A stretch of DNA of 64,000 nucleotides, from contig JAFUGA010000027.1 of the NCBI GenBank assembly GCA_017469625.1, positions 7,628 to 71,627 on the forward strand, read 5' to 3'. Shown piece by piece: positions 47,446 through 56,252 of the stretch (within the stretch, counting starts at the first letter, position 1; every line of letters starts with the position of its first letter). Origin of the DNA: Bacteroidales bacterium (GTDB taxonomy: Bacteria > Bacteroidota > Bacteroidia > Bacteroidales > P3). Both the position numbers and the translations under genes were made by a program. The notes under the pieces were generated by a model. The model worked only from the letters and a program-made list of their open reading frames with translations, did not search any database and had not been told where the DNA came from.

Positions 47446-48798
47446 TTATATGCCACTGCCAAAACCCTCTGTCATTTTGTCAGTAAAAAAATTAACTATA
47501 TTATTAAACTCATTTCCCCTTATATATCCTCGTTTTCTTTTGTTTAGATAAACCTCTTGCAATATTCCCTTATCAATTAACCCTATTATATCCGTTTTGG
47601 CTGTTGTAGGAGTAATGGAAAATTTGGTTTGAATATCCTTTACCGTAATTATTTCCTCAGGTTCATCAACAAACATTTGTATTATTTGAGATTGTCTTTC
47701 GTTAATGTTTCCTATTTTCAAATACTTTTTTGAGAAGAGTTTCTCGTTCTGTTTCTTTTGAATATACTCCTTGAGTTGTTGAAAAGACTGTTCTAATACA
47801 TTTAAATTATAATCAATGAAATATCCCAAATCCATATCATCGTTTTCAGTGTATAGAAATGACTTTTCATATTGTTTTTTAGATTTTGCAATAACACGAG
47901 ATATTGATAAATATTCTGTCATCCAATATCCCTATTTCAACATATACCAATAAAATAATGCTCTTGCAGTACGACCATTACCGTCTATAAATGTGTGAAA
48001 ATAACTTACCATAAAATGTATAATTATTCCTCTAATTACAGGGAGGATAAAATGTTTTTTATTTTCATCATTAAAATAATCGCAAAGGTCTTTTGCAAAT
48101 TCTGGAATTTTCTCTGCAGATGGTGGAGTATGGACAATTTCACTTTCCATTACATTATATACAACAACGTCATCATCTTCTTTCCTAAATCTACCAGCAT
48201 CTTCTGTATTTTCCAAAGTATTTTCTGTTATCAATTTATGAATTTTTAACAACAGTTCAACAGATAATGATTCGTTTTTATGGTCAGATATAAATTGTAT
48301 AGTTTTGTAGTTATTGACTATCATCTGTTGGGATTTGCCTTTTGGCTTTTTATTTTTTAGTAGCATTTCTTTTGCAACTTCTCTTGTTGTAATAGCCCCT
48401 TCCATTATACTTGAATAAATGGCTTCTTCCATCAAAGAACTTCTCAGGTATTGTTTTTTATTCTCTATGGAAATATCTGGCTGATGTATCCAAGCCTGTC
48501 CAAAATTCATATCAAATTCATGACAGAGTCTTTCCATTTTATTAGTGAAACCATAATGAACTTTGTATTTGTCCCAAGAATAAACAGTTTTCAGGATACG
48601 AGATACCTTAACCCTCTTCCACAATTCCTCATTAGAAAATCCTTTTGGACATTGTTTATATTTTACAGTATTCCAATATTCATAGTTATCGTTAATTTTA
48701 TCTATGAGAACATTTATTTCCTCATTACTTCTGTATCCATCATTTAAAAATAACCTACTATAATCCGTTTCTAATAACTTTGGTGTTTGCTCTATCAT
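47446..48798 (-). pseudogene. Fic-family protein interrupted by one in-frame TAG (Fic catalytic part plus separate C-terminal winged-helix part)
   Basis: The upstream ORF carries the inhibitory-helix motif SSIMEG and the Fic motif HTFIDGNGRTAR, then reads ...YWYMLK-TAG-GYW-MTEYLSISR... in the same frame. The stop codon is at 47932-47934. Confidence 0.8.
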
Positions 48799-48821
48799 AA
48801 TGCTATAATTTATCTAAGTTG

Positions 48822-48829
48822 CAAAGATA
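48822..48829 (-). promoter_or_regulatory. -7 promoter box TATCTTTG upstream of the Fic gene
   Basis: Plus strand reads CAAAGATA. Located 23 nt upstream of the ATG at 48798. Confidence 0.45.
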
Positions 48830-48972
48830 TAAAATATTTTCCAATTAGTTCCAATTTTTAAAACATTGGAACTAATTTTAATATTTTTTGAATAAAGATA
48901 GATGAAAATTATTACAAAAAAAACAGGAAAAGGTCTTTCCTGTTTTCTTTTCTTATTTGAATAGATTGTGTT

Positions 48973-49296
48973 TTATTTTAAAGGTGTAGCAGTATTAGAA
49001 GAGTTTGCATTAGTATTGTTTGCTGGTACCGTAGGAACATTAGAATTGTTAAGAGTGTTTATTCTTGTTCTTGTGTTAGGTATCAAAGCTGAAGATACAA
49101 GACATAAAACAACTAAAACAACAGCAAGTGTCCAGGTTGCTTTCTCTAAAAAGTCTGTTGTTCTTCTAACACCCATTACTTGATTTTGTGAAGCAAAGTT
49201 CGCTGCTAATCCTCCACCTTTTCCATTTTGTATTAACACAACAAGTGCAAGCAAAATAGCCGCAATCATAATCAATACAGTTACTACTATAAACAT
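48973..49296 (-). CDS. secG: preprotein translocase subunit SecG
   Basis: 107 aa. Two TM helices separated by LIQNGKGGGLAANF, typical of SecG. Confidence 0.8.
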   Translation of the reverse strand: MFIVVTVLIMIAAILLALVVLIQNGKGGGLAANFASQNQVMGVRRTTDFLEKATWTLAVVLVVLCLVSSALIPNTRTRINTLNNSNVPTVPANNTNANSSNTATPLK

Positions 49297-49317
49297 TTTC
49301 TTTTCTATTTTTGGTTA

Positions 49318-49926
49318 TTAACTATTTTTTATTTTCTCAATTTGGTTTGCAAAGTAAATACTTTTTTTTGGATTAGAGACCATAAGTTGTTGATAAATTT
49401 TTATTGCACCTTCTTTATTTCCTTGTTTTAGATATACTTTTGCCATAGTTTCAGTAACAATAGCAAATTCTTTTGATGCAGATTTTTTTATTATTTTATC
49501 AATACTTTCACCCTCTTTTTCCTGTTCAATAGGTGTTGGTTTTGGATTTTCTATCTTCAAAAATCTATCTATCAACTCTTGTCTTGTAGGATTATCTGAA
49601 AGGTCTTCTTCTTTATAAGAATTTATTTCACTCATAATGCTACCTTTTGTTGATTGTTTTTCCTCCACGGTTGGTAAGATTTGTGGTTGTGGTTTTATAG
49701 TTAGAAAATCTTTTAACCTTTCTCTGTCTGAAACATATACAGAAGCAGTATGCAACCATGTTTCTTTGTTGAAACTATTCGTTATCATAGCATATTTAAC
49801 ACCTAAAACTCTAAACAAAGTACAATAAGGATACTTATTCACTAAGCGTTCCATAAGTACAAGTTCTTGCATACTAATTATGCTGTCCTGCATTGATAAT
49901 ATTTCGTTCAGTTTTGTTTTATCCAT
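49318..49926 (-). CDS. conserved hypothetical protein with C-terminal TPR-like helix pair
   Basis: 202 aa. The C-terminus ETMAKVYLKQGNKEGAIKIYQQLMVSNPKKSIYFANQIEKI resembles a family commonly found upstream of secG in Bacteroidota. Confidence 0.5.
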   Translation of the reverse strand: MDKTKLNEILSMQDSIISMQELVLMERLVNKYPYCTLFRVLGVKYAMITNSFNKETWLHTASVYVSDRERLKDFLTIKPQPQILPTVEEKQSTKGSIMSEINSYKEEDLSDNPTRQELIDRFLKIENPKPTPIEQEKEGESIDKIIKKSASKEFAIVTETMAKVYLKQGNKEGAIKIYQQLMVSNPKKSIYFANQIEKIKNS

Positions 49927-49958
49927 CTATAAAAACATAGAAAAGTATTTTAATCGTG

Positions 49959-49966
49959 CAAAGTTA
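49959..49966 (-). promoter_or_regulatory. -7 promoter box TAACTTTG upstream of the 49926 gene
   Basis: Plus strand reads CAAAGTTA. Located 32 nt upstream of the ATG. Confidence 0.45.
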
Positions 49967-50071
49967 TAAAAAAAATCTGTTCTGAGAAAATTTAAACGCA
50001 AATTCCTACAACTTTATTTCGTTGAAAATATTTATAAAGGTATAGAAATGCGAAAAAAAATAAATTTTTCT

Positions 50072-50079
50072 TAACTTTG
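50072..50079 (+). promoter_or_regulatory. -7 promoter box TAACTTTG upstream of the antiporter gene
   Basis: TAnnTTTG match 67 nt upstream of the ATG at 50147. Confidence 0.45.
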
Positions 50080-50146
50080 CAAAAAAAATTCTTTTAGGGG
50101 ATTTTTATTGATTTATTATTATAAAATTAACATTATTCTTTATTGT

Positions 50147-52444
50147 ATGGAGTCATTTATTTCAGATTTAGCGGTATTACTTATATTAGGTAGTGTCTTT
50201 TCTCTTATTTGTAAAATACTTAAACAACCTGTAGTCTTGGGTTATATAGTTGCAGGATTTATAGCAGGACCTCATTTTTCATTTTTTCAAACTGTCAATC
50301 CCGATAATATAAAAACCTGGGCGGATATAGGTGTTATCTTCCTGTTGTTTGGTATGGGATTGGAGTTTTCTTTCAAAAAACTTTTCACTATAGGAAAGGT
50401 TGGGGGAATAGCAGTAGCTACAGAAGTAATATGTTTAAGTATCTTAGGTTTTCTTGTTGGTAAGATAATGAAGTGGCCAACCTCTGATAGTCTTCTTTTA
50501 GGTGGTATGCTCATAATGTCATCTACCGCTATAGTTTTCAAAGCCTTTTCAGACCTTGGCTTGCAAAAAGAAAAGTTTGCTTCAATAGTATTTGGTATCT
50601 TGGTGTTTGAAGATTTGTTTGCTATCATTCTTATGGTTATTGTTTCTACTTTGGGTGTTAGCAAACAGTTTGAAGGTACTCAAATGTTGATGGTAGTGGC
50701 CAAACTTGTCTTTTTCCTTGTGGTATGGATGGTTTGCGGTATATATCTTATACCTACATTTTTAAAGAAAGTAAAAAAATACCTTAACAACGAAACCTTG
50801 CTTTTGGTTTCTATGGGATTATGTCTTGGAATGGTAGTTTTTGCAACAAGTGTTGGCTTTTCATCTGCATTAGGTGCTTTTATAATGGGTTCTCTTTTGG
50901 CAGAAACTTTGGCAGCAGAATCCATAGAAAAAGTTATCGCCCCTATAAAAGATTTGTTCGGTGCTATCTTCTTCGTATCTGTAGGTATGATGGTTGACCC
51001 TAAAATCTTGGCAGAAAACTTTACCACAGTAATAGTTATAGCCATAGCATCTATACTTGGAAAGATGATTTTCACAACTATGGGTGTAAGATTGGCAGGC
51101 GAGAACCTAAAAACAGCCATGCAAAGTGGTTTTTCTTTGGCTCAAATGGGAGAGTTCTCTTTTATAGTTGCAAGTTTGGGTATGAGCATGGGAATAGTTT
51201 CACCAACGGTTTATCCTGTTGTAATAGCCGTTTCTGTTATTACTACTTTCACTACTCCTTATTGCATACGTTTAGCAACTCCTGCATACGATGTTATAGA
51301 AGCCATAGTTCCAAAACGTTGGCATAGAATATTATATCCAAATTCTGTTTCAGAACAAACCATAAAAACATCTTCTACTTGGCGACAATTCATTGTTTCT
51401 TACTTCTCTCGTCTTGCTACATATATAATAATATGTATAGCTATCTTATCTCTATCCTTTACTATAGGAGTAAATTTTGCCAATACAGGAGAACAACAAT
51501 TTTTGAAAAAGATAATACTTAGTGTTTTAACTATTTCTATACTTGCTATCTTTATTAGGCCAATGATTCACAATCAAGGCAAACAAGCCAATCTGTTTCT
51601 ATCTCTTTGGACTTCAGATATAAACAACAGGTTTATTCTTTCGTTCTTTATAGTTATAAGATACGTAATAGCCTTTATAATGCTTTGTATGGTAATAAAC
51701 AGATATTGGGCTTTACCTTTTTATATTATAGTTGTGTTGGCAGGAATATTTTTCGCCGTTATCTTTCATTCAAAAAAACTTTTGCGAATATATTGGACTA
51801 TGGAGTCAAGATTTGTTAAGAATTTCAATGCAAGACAAATCATGCAACAAAGATTGTCAAACAAGGGTAATATGAACGAGTTGAATAATCTTCATTGGAT
51901 AGATAGCAATATGAATATAGCACCATTTGATTTGCAAAAAGATACAGAATTAGAGGGAGAAAGTTTGAAAAACCTTAATTTCAGAAAAAAATACAACGTT
52001 CTTATTATATCCGTTCAAAGAGGTAAAAACCAATACGATTTTCCAGACGGAGATTTTCAACTTCAAGCCGAAGATAAACTGCTTTTGCTTGGTTCGTTGA
52101 ACAATCTAAGACACTTGGATAGTGATTACGATACCTTAGTTATGCAATACGAACAGGTACAGACTCTTAACGATTTCAATAATCAACAAAACAACGACCC
52201 TAACTCAAAAATCAACTGTCTAAACTTTATAATAGAAAAAGGTTCTGAATGGATAGGTCATTCACTTATAGACTCTTCTTTGATGAAAGACAAATGTATG
52301 GTTATTGCTATAGAGAGAAATGACTCGCCTATAGTCAATCCTTCTTCTCATGTAGTGTTTCAAGAAAATGATTTTGTGTGGGTTATGGGTGAAAAGAAGA
52401 TATTGTATAAACTATTGGAAAAGAATTATTTTACAACAATGTAA
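50147..52444 (+). CDS. CPA2-family cation:proton antiporter with two C-terminal RCK_C (TrkA-C) domains
   Basis: Start moved from the tracked TTG at 50108 to the ATG at 50147 (MESFISDLAVLLILG). Has a Kef/NapA-like TM core (GYIVAGFIAGP, GLEFS) and two TrkA-C-like segments near the C-terminus. Confidence 0.8.
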   Translation: MESFISDLAVLLILGSVFSLICKILKQPVVLGYIVAGFIAGPHFSFFQTVNPDNIKTWADIGVIFLLFGMGLEFSFKKLFTIGKVGGIAVATEVICLSILGFLVGKIMKWPTSDSLLLGGMLIMSSTAIVFKAFSDLGLQKEKFASIVFGILVFEDLFAIILMVIVSTLGVSKQFEGTQMLMVVAKLVFFLVVWMVCGIYLIPTFLKKVKKYLNNETLLLVSMGLCLGMVVFATSVGFSSALGAFIMGSLLAETLAAESIEKVIAPIKDLFGAIFFVSVGMMVDPKILAENFTTVIVIAIASILGKMIFTTMGVRLAGENLKTAMQSGFSLAQMGEFSFIVASLGMSMGIVSPTVYPVVIAVSVITTFTTPYCIRLATPAYDVIEAIVPKRWHRILYPNSVSEQTIKTSSTWRQFIVSYFSRLATYIIICIAILSLSFTIGVNFANTGEQQFLKKIILSVLTISILAIFIRPMIHNQGKQANLFLSLWTSDINNRFILSFFIVIRYVIAFIMLCMVINRYWALPFYIIVVLAGIFFAVIFHSKKLLRIYWTMESRFVKNFNARQIMQQRLSNKGNMNELNNLHWIDSNMNIAPFDLQKDTELEGESLKNLNFRKKYNVLIISVQRGKNQYDFPDGDFQLQAEDKLLLLGSLNNLRHLDSDYDTLVMQYEQVQTLNDFNNQQNNDPNSKINCLNFIIEKGSEWIGHSLIDSSLMKDKCMVIAIERNDSPIVNPSSHVVFQENDFVWVMGEKKILYKLLEKNYFTTM

Positions 52445-52481
52445 TAGCAAATTATAAACATAAAACAAAAATACAAAAACA

Positions 52482-53090
52482 ATGAAAAAACTAATAGTTT
52501 ATTTGTTTATACTTGCAAGTCTTTTTCCTTGTTATGCACAATATGATTTGAAAGGAAAGCAAGATATAAGTGTAAGTGCAGGATTCTTACCTACAACAGA
52601 TGGAAGAATGTTTGCAGATATTCTTGTAATGATAATAACTTTCGGATTGATTGTGCCTGAAGATATGTCTGCGTATGGTGCCTATTCTTTAGAATATGCA
52701 TATCATACAAGCGACAATATAGCTTGGGGACTTGTTGCAGGATACAGTGCAAACAAATCTACATACAAAAGTGGATATGAAAACATAAATTACAGAAGAG
52801 AAAGTTTTAGACAATATTATTTTGTTATGCCAACGTTGCGCTACACATGGCTTCAAAAGGAAAGAATCAATTTCTACTCTTCTATAGGTGTGGGACTATG
52901 CCTTAGAAATGAAAAGAATACTCCTTTGGATAATAACGGTAATAGTGTAACTTATGACAACGATTTCTTGCCAGCCTTTCAGGTTACCCCAATAGGATTT
53001 GAAGCAGGTGGTGAAAGTCTAAAGTTTTTTGCAGATTTAGGAGTGGGAAACAAAGGTCTGTTGCATGCAGGTGTTAGATATAGATTTTAA
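52482..53090 (+). CDS. small outer-membrane beta-barrel protein
   Basis: 202 aa. Signal peptide ...PCYAQ. Alternating hydrophobic strands and a C-terminal aromatic residue (RYRF). Confidence 0.55.
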   Translation: MKKLIVYLFILASLFPCYAQYDLKGKQDISVSAGFLPTTDGRMFADILVMIITFGLIVPEDMSAYGAYSLEYAYHTSDNIAWGLVAGYSANKSTYKSGYENINYRRESFRQYYFVMPTLRYTWLQKERINFYSSIGVGLCLRNEKNTPLDNNGNSVTYDNDFLPAFQVTPIGFEAGGESLKFFADLGVGNKGLLHAGVRYRF

Positions 53091-53176
53091 ATCTGTATAA
53101 CACTTCTCAAAATTCTTATACAAATTTCCAACCATTTTATAACAAAATATAACAATAATACAAACATACACCACAA

Positions 53177-53345
53177 CGAAGTTACATTCCTCACAGAACT
53201 TCGTTTTAGTTTTCTATCTCTTTGTTTTAATTTTCTAAAACTTCGTTTTAATTTCATAGAACTTGATTCTAATTTCACGAAACAAAGTTTTAGAATTCTA
53301 TCTCTTTGTTTTAATTTTGTAGAACTTTGTTTTGTAAAAGTAGAA
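53177..53345. repeat. phased 21-bp repeat array, copy H (8 units) between convergent genes
   Basis: Units start at 53199, 53220, 53241, 53262, 53283, 53304 and 53325. Examples: CTTCGTTTTAGTTTTCTATCT, CTTTGTTTTAATTTTCTAAAA, CTTCGTTTTAATTTCATAGAA, CTTGATTCTAATTTCACGAAA. The array ends flush with the stop codon of the 53346 gene. Confidence 0.9.
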
Positions 53346-55442
53346 CTAAATTTTGCCCCAATATTTTCTTAGGAACCATTCACCACCAAGCGTTAGGGCT
53401 ATCAAAAGCCAATACCACCAAAGAGAGATAAAGCGTTTGGATTCTGTGCTTTCGTGCATTATAGGTTTTATATTTTGATTGTTTTTTATAACATCTACTA
53501 ATTTTTCCACATCTTTAGGATAAAACATTTTGCCATTTGTTTTTGATGCAAGTGTATATAAATCACTGTGTTTTGCAACCAAATCGCTTTCTTCCATTTC
53601 TATGTTATGGATAACGAAATTGCCTTTGTCGGTGTATGTTTTATTGCCAAGTGTCGTTGTGGCAGAGAAAGAGTATTCGCCTGCATTCATCTTGCCCAAG
53701 TTAAGAAAATATGCGTTGTTCGTTTTGCCAAAAGAATGATTTACACTCTTGCCTTTATTTGTTATAATTATCTCTGCTTCAGGTGTATTTACAAGTTCAA
53801 AATTCTCGTTATATAGTTGTGCTTGCAAGATAATATCTTCATTTTGAGAATAAAAATCTTTGCTTTCCACATGGAAATGAGCCCGAGTAGATTTTTCACC
53901 TACCAACTGTATGGTTTTGTTTATGATTTCATCTGCTTCGTTATGTGTTTGATTGATTAAATAGTTAGTCAATCGCCATCTCCAAATATTTTCACCAGTT
54001 ATAAATCCTGTCTTCGTTGTTCCATTTTCAGAAAAAGCAATCAAAGGATAATTTGTAGAAACTGAACCTATATTTTGGTACATCAAAACATTGGAAGACG
54101 CTGTTAAAGAATACTTTGCTATAGGTGAGAGTAGAGGAGGGAAGTTCTTTATCATATCCTCTGCATTTGGCGAAAGGGTGAATGAAGAGAAAGATTTGTT
54201 ATAAGAAGGTGTTGTTTGGTTCAGCCCAGAGGATAAAGGCAAGATGTTTAACGAAGTTTTCAGAGAATTAAATAAAGCAATGTTTGTCCCTTGTCCCAAA
54301 ACGAAAAGGGTAGGAATGTTTTTGTTTAATATTTGTGAGATTTCATTTGCAGAGATTGTGTTTTGAGGAAGATTGTGCAGTATTACCATATCATAATCCT
54401 CTATTTTGCCCACTTTTCTTAAATTATCAAACATAGAAAACGTGCATTCGTAATTCTGATTTGCCTCTATAACAGATTTAAATGCAGATATATCCGGGTG
54501 TGGTGCAGATGCAAGGATAAGTATCTTCTTTTTGGAATTGATAACCTCTATATAAATATCTTTTTTGTTATTTATAATGTTGTATTCCTTATCTATTTTA
54601 GAAACAATAAAAGAAACTTTTTCTCTGCCAATTTGTTGTGCCAAAGACTTATAAGGTATAGTAATAGCGAAGTCATCGTCTTCTATTTTGAAGTTTTTTA
54701 TCAAAGTACGTTTTCCTGCTTTCTCCATAAACAAAGAAGCATTCTCACCTTTGGCTTTATATGCTGAAACGGTAATCTCTAAAGGGTACTCGTTGTTTAA
54801 AAGTACTACCTTATTGTATCTTACATCTGCTATTTTTATGTCTTTTCTTATGGAATTATCTCCCATTGCTATGGTATAGATAGGGCAATTAAACTCGTTG
54901 TTATACGAAAGCAAATCTCCACCTACAGTATTTATACCATCGGAAGCAATAACTATGGCAGCAATATTTTGAGAAGAATAATTTTCTGCAACAAAGGAAT
55001 AAAGGTTATCAAAATCCGTTGCAAAATCATTGTAATCCACCTTATTATCTGAAAGTTTACTGTCTATGATATTAGTTTTGCTACCAAAGGTTACAGGTAT
55101 TAGATTGTAGTCTTCTTTTTCTATCTTTGAGAAAATATTTTGCAGTTTTTTAAGGTATTCTTTCTTGTAAAAACTACTATCTTTTGTATTTACGATAGAA
55201 GAAGAATTGTCTTGTGCATAAAGGATTATAGGTTTTTCTACATCAAAATGTTTTATCTTTTTCACAGGTGAGAGAAATAAAAACAAGATAAGAAACAGCG
55301 AAACAAACCTTAAGGCAGATAAAACATACCTTTGCAAAGAGGTATAGGCTTTATCTTTCTTGTAAAAATAGAAAAAATAAGTTAGTCCAAAACAAACGGC
55401 TACTATAAGCAAACCCCACCAAAGTGAATACTCTGTAAACAT
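53346..55442 (-). CDS. large conserved hypothetical membrane-anchored protein
   Basis: 698 aa. Two N-terminal TM helices, one C-terminal TM helix (LWWYWLLIALTLGG) and a large intervening domain with no motif I can name. Confidence 0.5.
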   Translation of the reverse strand: MFTEYSLWWGLLIVAVCFGLTYFFYFYKKDKAYTSLQRYVLSALRFVSLFLILFLFLSPVKKIKHFDVEKPIILYAQDNSSSIVNTKDSSFYKKEYLKKLQNIFSKIEKEDYNLIPVTFGSKTNIIDSKLSDNKVDYNDFATDFDNLYSFVAENYSSQNIAAIVIASDGINTVGGDLLSYNNEFNCPIYTIAMGDNSIRKDIKIADVRYNKVVLLNNEYPLEITVSAYKAKGENASLFMEKAGKRTLIKNFKIEDDDFAITIPYKSLAQQIGREKVSFIVSKIDKEYNIINNKKDIYIEVINSKKKILILASAPHPDISAFKSVIEANQNYECTFSMFDNLRKVGKIEDYDMVILHNLPQNTISANEISQILNKNIPTLFVLGQGTNIALFNSLKTSLNILPLSSGLNQTTPSYNKSFSSFTLSPNAEDMIKNFPPLLSPIAKYSLTASSNVLMYQNIGSVSTNYPLIAFSENGTTKTGFITGENIWRWRLTNYLINQTHNEADEIINKTIQLVGEKSTRAHFHVESKDFYSQNEDIILQAQLYNENFELVNTPEAEIIITNKGKSVNHSFGKTNNAYFLNLGKMNAGEYSFSATTTLGNKTYTDKGNFVIHNIEMEESDLVAKHSDLYTLASKTNGKMFYPKDVEKLVDVIKNNQNIKPIMHESTESKRFISLWWYWLLIALTLGGEWFLRKYWGKI

Positions 55443-56164
55443 TATTTAAAATTCCTTTCTTTTTTTATTATTTCGTATGCCTCGTTTATCTTTTGAAATT
55501 TCTCGTTAGCAGATTTTTGTATCTCTTCTCCAAGGTGTGCAACCTTATCTGGGTGATATTTTATGCAGAGTTTTTTATATGCTTTCTTTATCTCTTCTTC
55601 AGAAGCGGATTTATCTACTTGAAGTATAGCGTATGCAGAATCTGTATCTTTGAAATACATATTTAGTATAGTTTTGTAGTCTGCAGAAGATAGTCTAAGG
55701 TAGTTTGATATTCTTTCTATAGCGTTTATCTCCGTCTTGCTACATTCTCCATCTGCCAACGCTATTTGAAACAAACAATGAAGCAGTTGCAATCTATTAG
55801 GATAGGAAAGAAAAGTTGTTATTCTTTCACAAGCGTTTTGTATATCTGTGTTTTGATTTAATAGTTCTCTTAACAAAAGAACTTGTTTTTGTGCTTCGTT
55901 TTCGCCAAAGTTCTGCACAAGCCACTGTTTTACATAATTGAGTTCGCTCTTTAAAATCCTACCGTCCGATTTCATAACTTCGGCAAAAAGGATTAGAAGC
56001 GAAATATGAAAATCTCCTTGTGTTCTTCCATTGGACAGATACTCTTGTCTGGCGTTATCTTTTCCTTTTTTAGATTCAAACAATGAACCTAAACCATAAC
56101 CAACAAAAGCACCCCAAATAGAACCGCTAAAAAGAAAACCTAATGCTGAAAATATCCACTTCAT
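55442..56164 (-). CDS. DjlA-like co-chaperone (N-terminal TM, TerB-like domain, C-terminal J domain)
   Basis: 240 aa. J domain [31 protein letters not shown] with the HPD motif. Confidence 0.75.
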   Translation of the reverse strand: MKWIFSALGFLFSGSIWGAFVGYGLGSLFESKKGKDNARQEYLSNGRTQGDFHISLLILFAEVMKSDGRILKSELNYVKQWLVQNFGENEAQKQVLLLRELLNQNTDIQNACERITTFLSYPNRLQLLHCLFQIALADGECSKTEINAIERISNYLRLSSADYKTILNMYFKDTDSAYAILQVDKSASEEEIKKAYKKLCIKYHPDKVAHLGEEIQKSANEKFQKINEAYEIIKKERNFK

Positions 56165-56191
56165 TTGTTTAATATTATAATTTTAAGGTTG

Positions 56192-56199
56192 CAAAAATA
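56192..56199 (-). promoter_or_regulatory. -7 promoter box TATTTTTG upstream of the djlA-like gene
   Basis: Plus strand reads CAAAAATA. Located 27 nt upstream of the ATG at 56164. Confidence 0.4.
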
Positions 56200-56220
56200 C
56201 GAAATTTCATATAAAAAACT

Positions 56221-56228
56221 TATCTTTG
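56221..56228 (+). promoter_or_regulatory. -7 promoter box TATCTTTG upstream of the GT2 fusion gene
   Basis: TAnnTTTG match 24 nt upstream of the ATG at 56253. Divergent from the box at 56192. Confidence 0.45.
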
Positions 56229-56252
56229 CACCTTTAAATATTGAAATGAATA

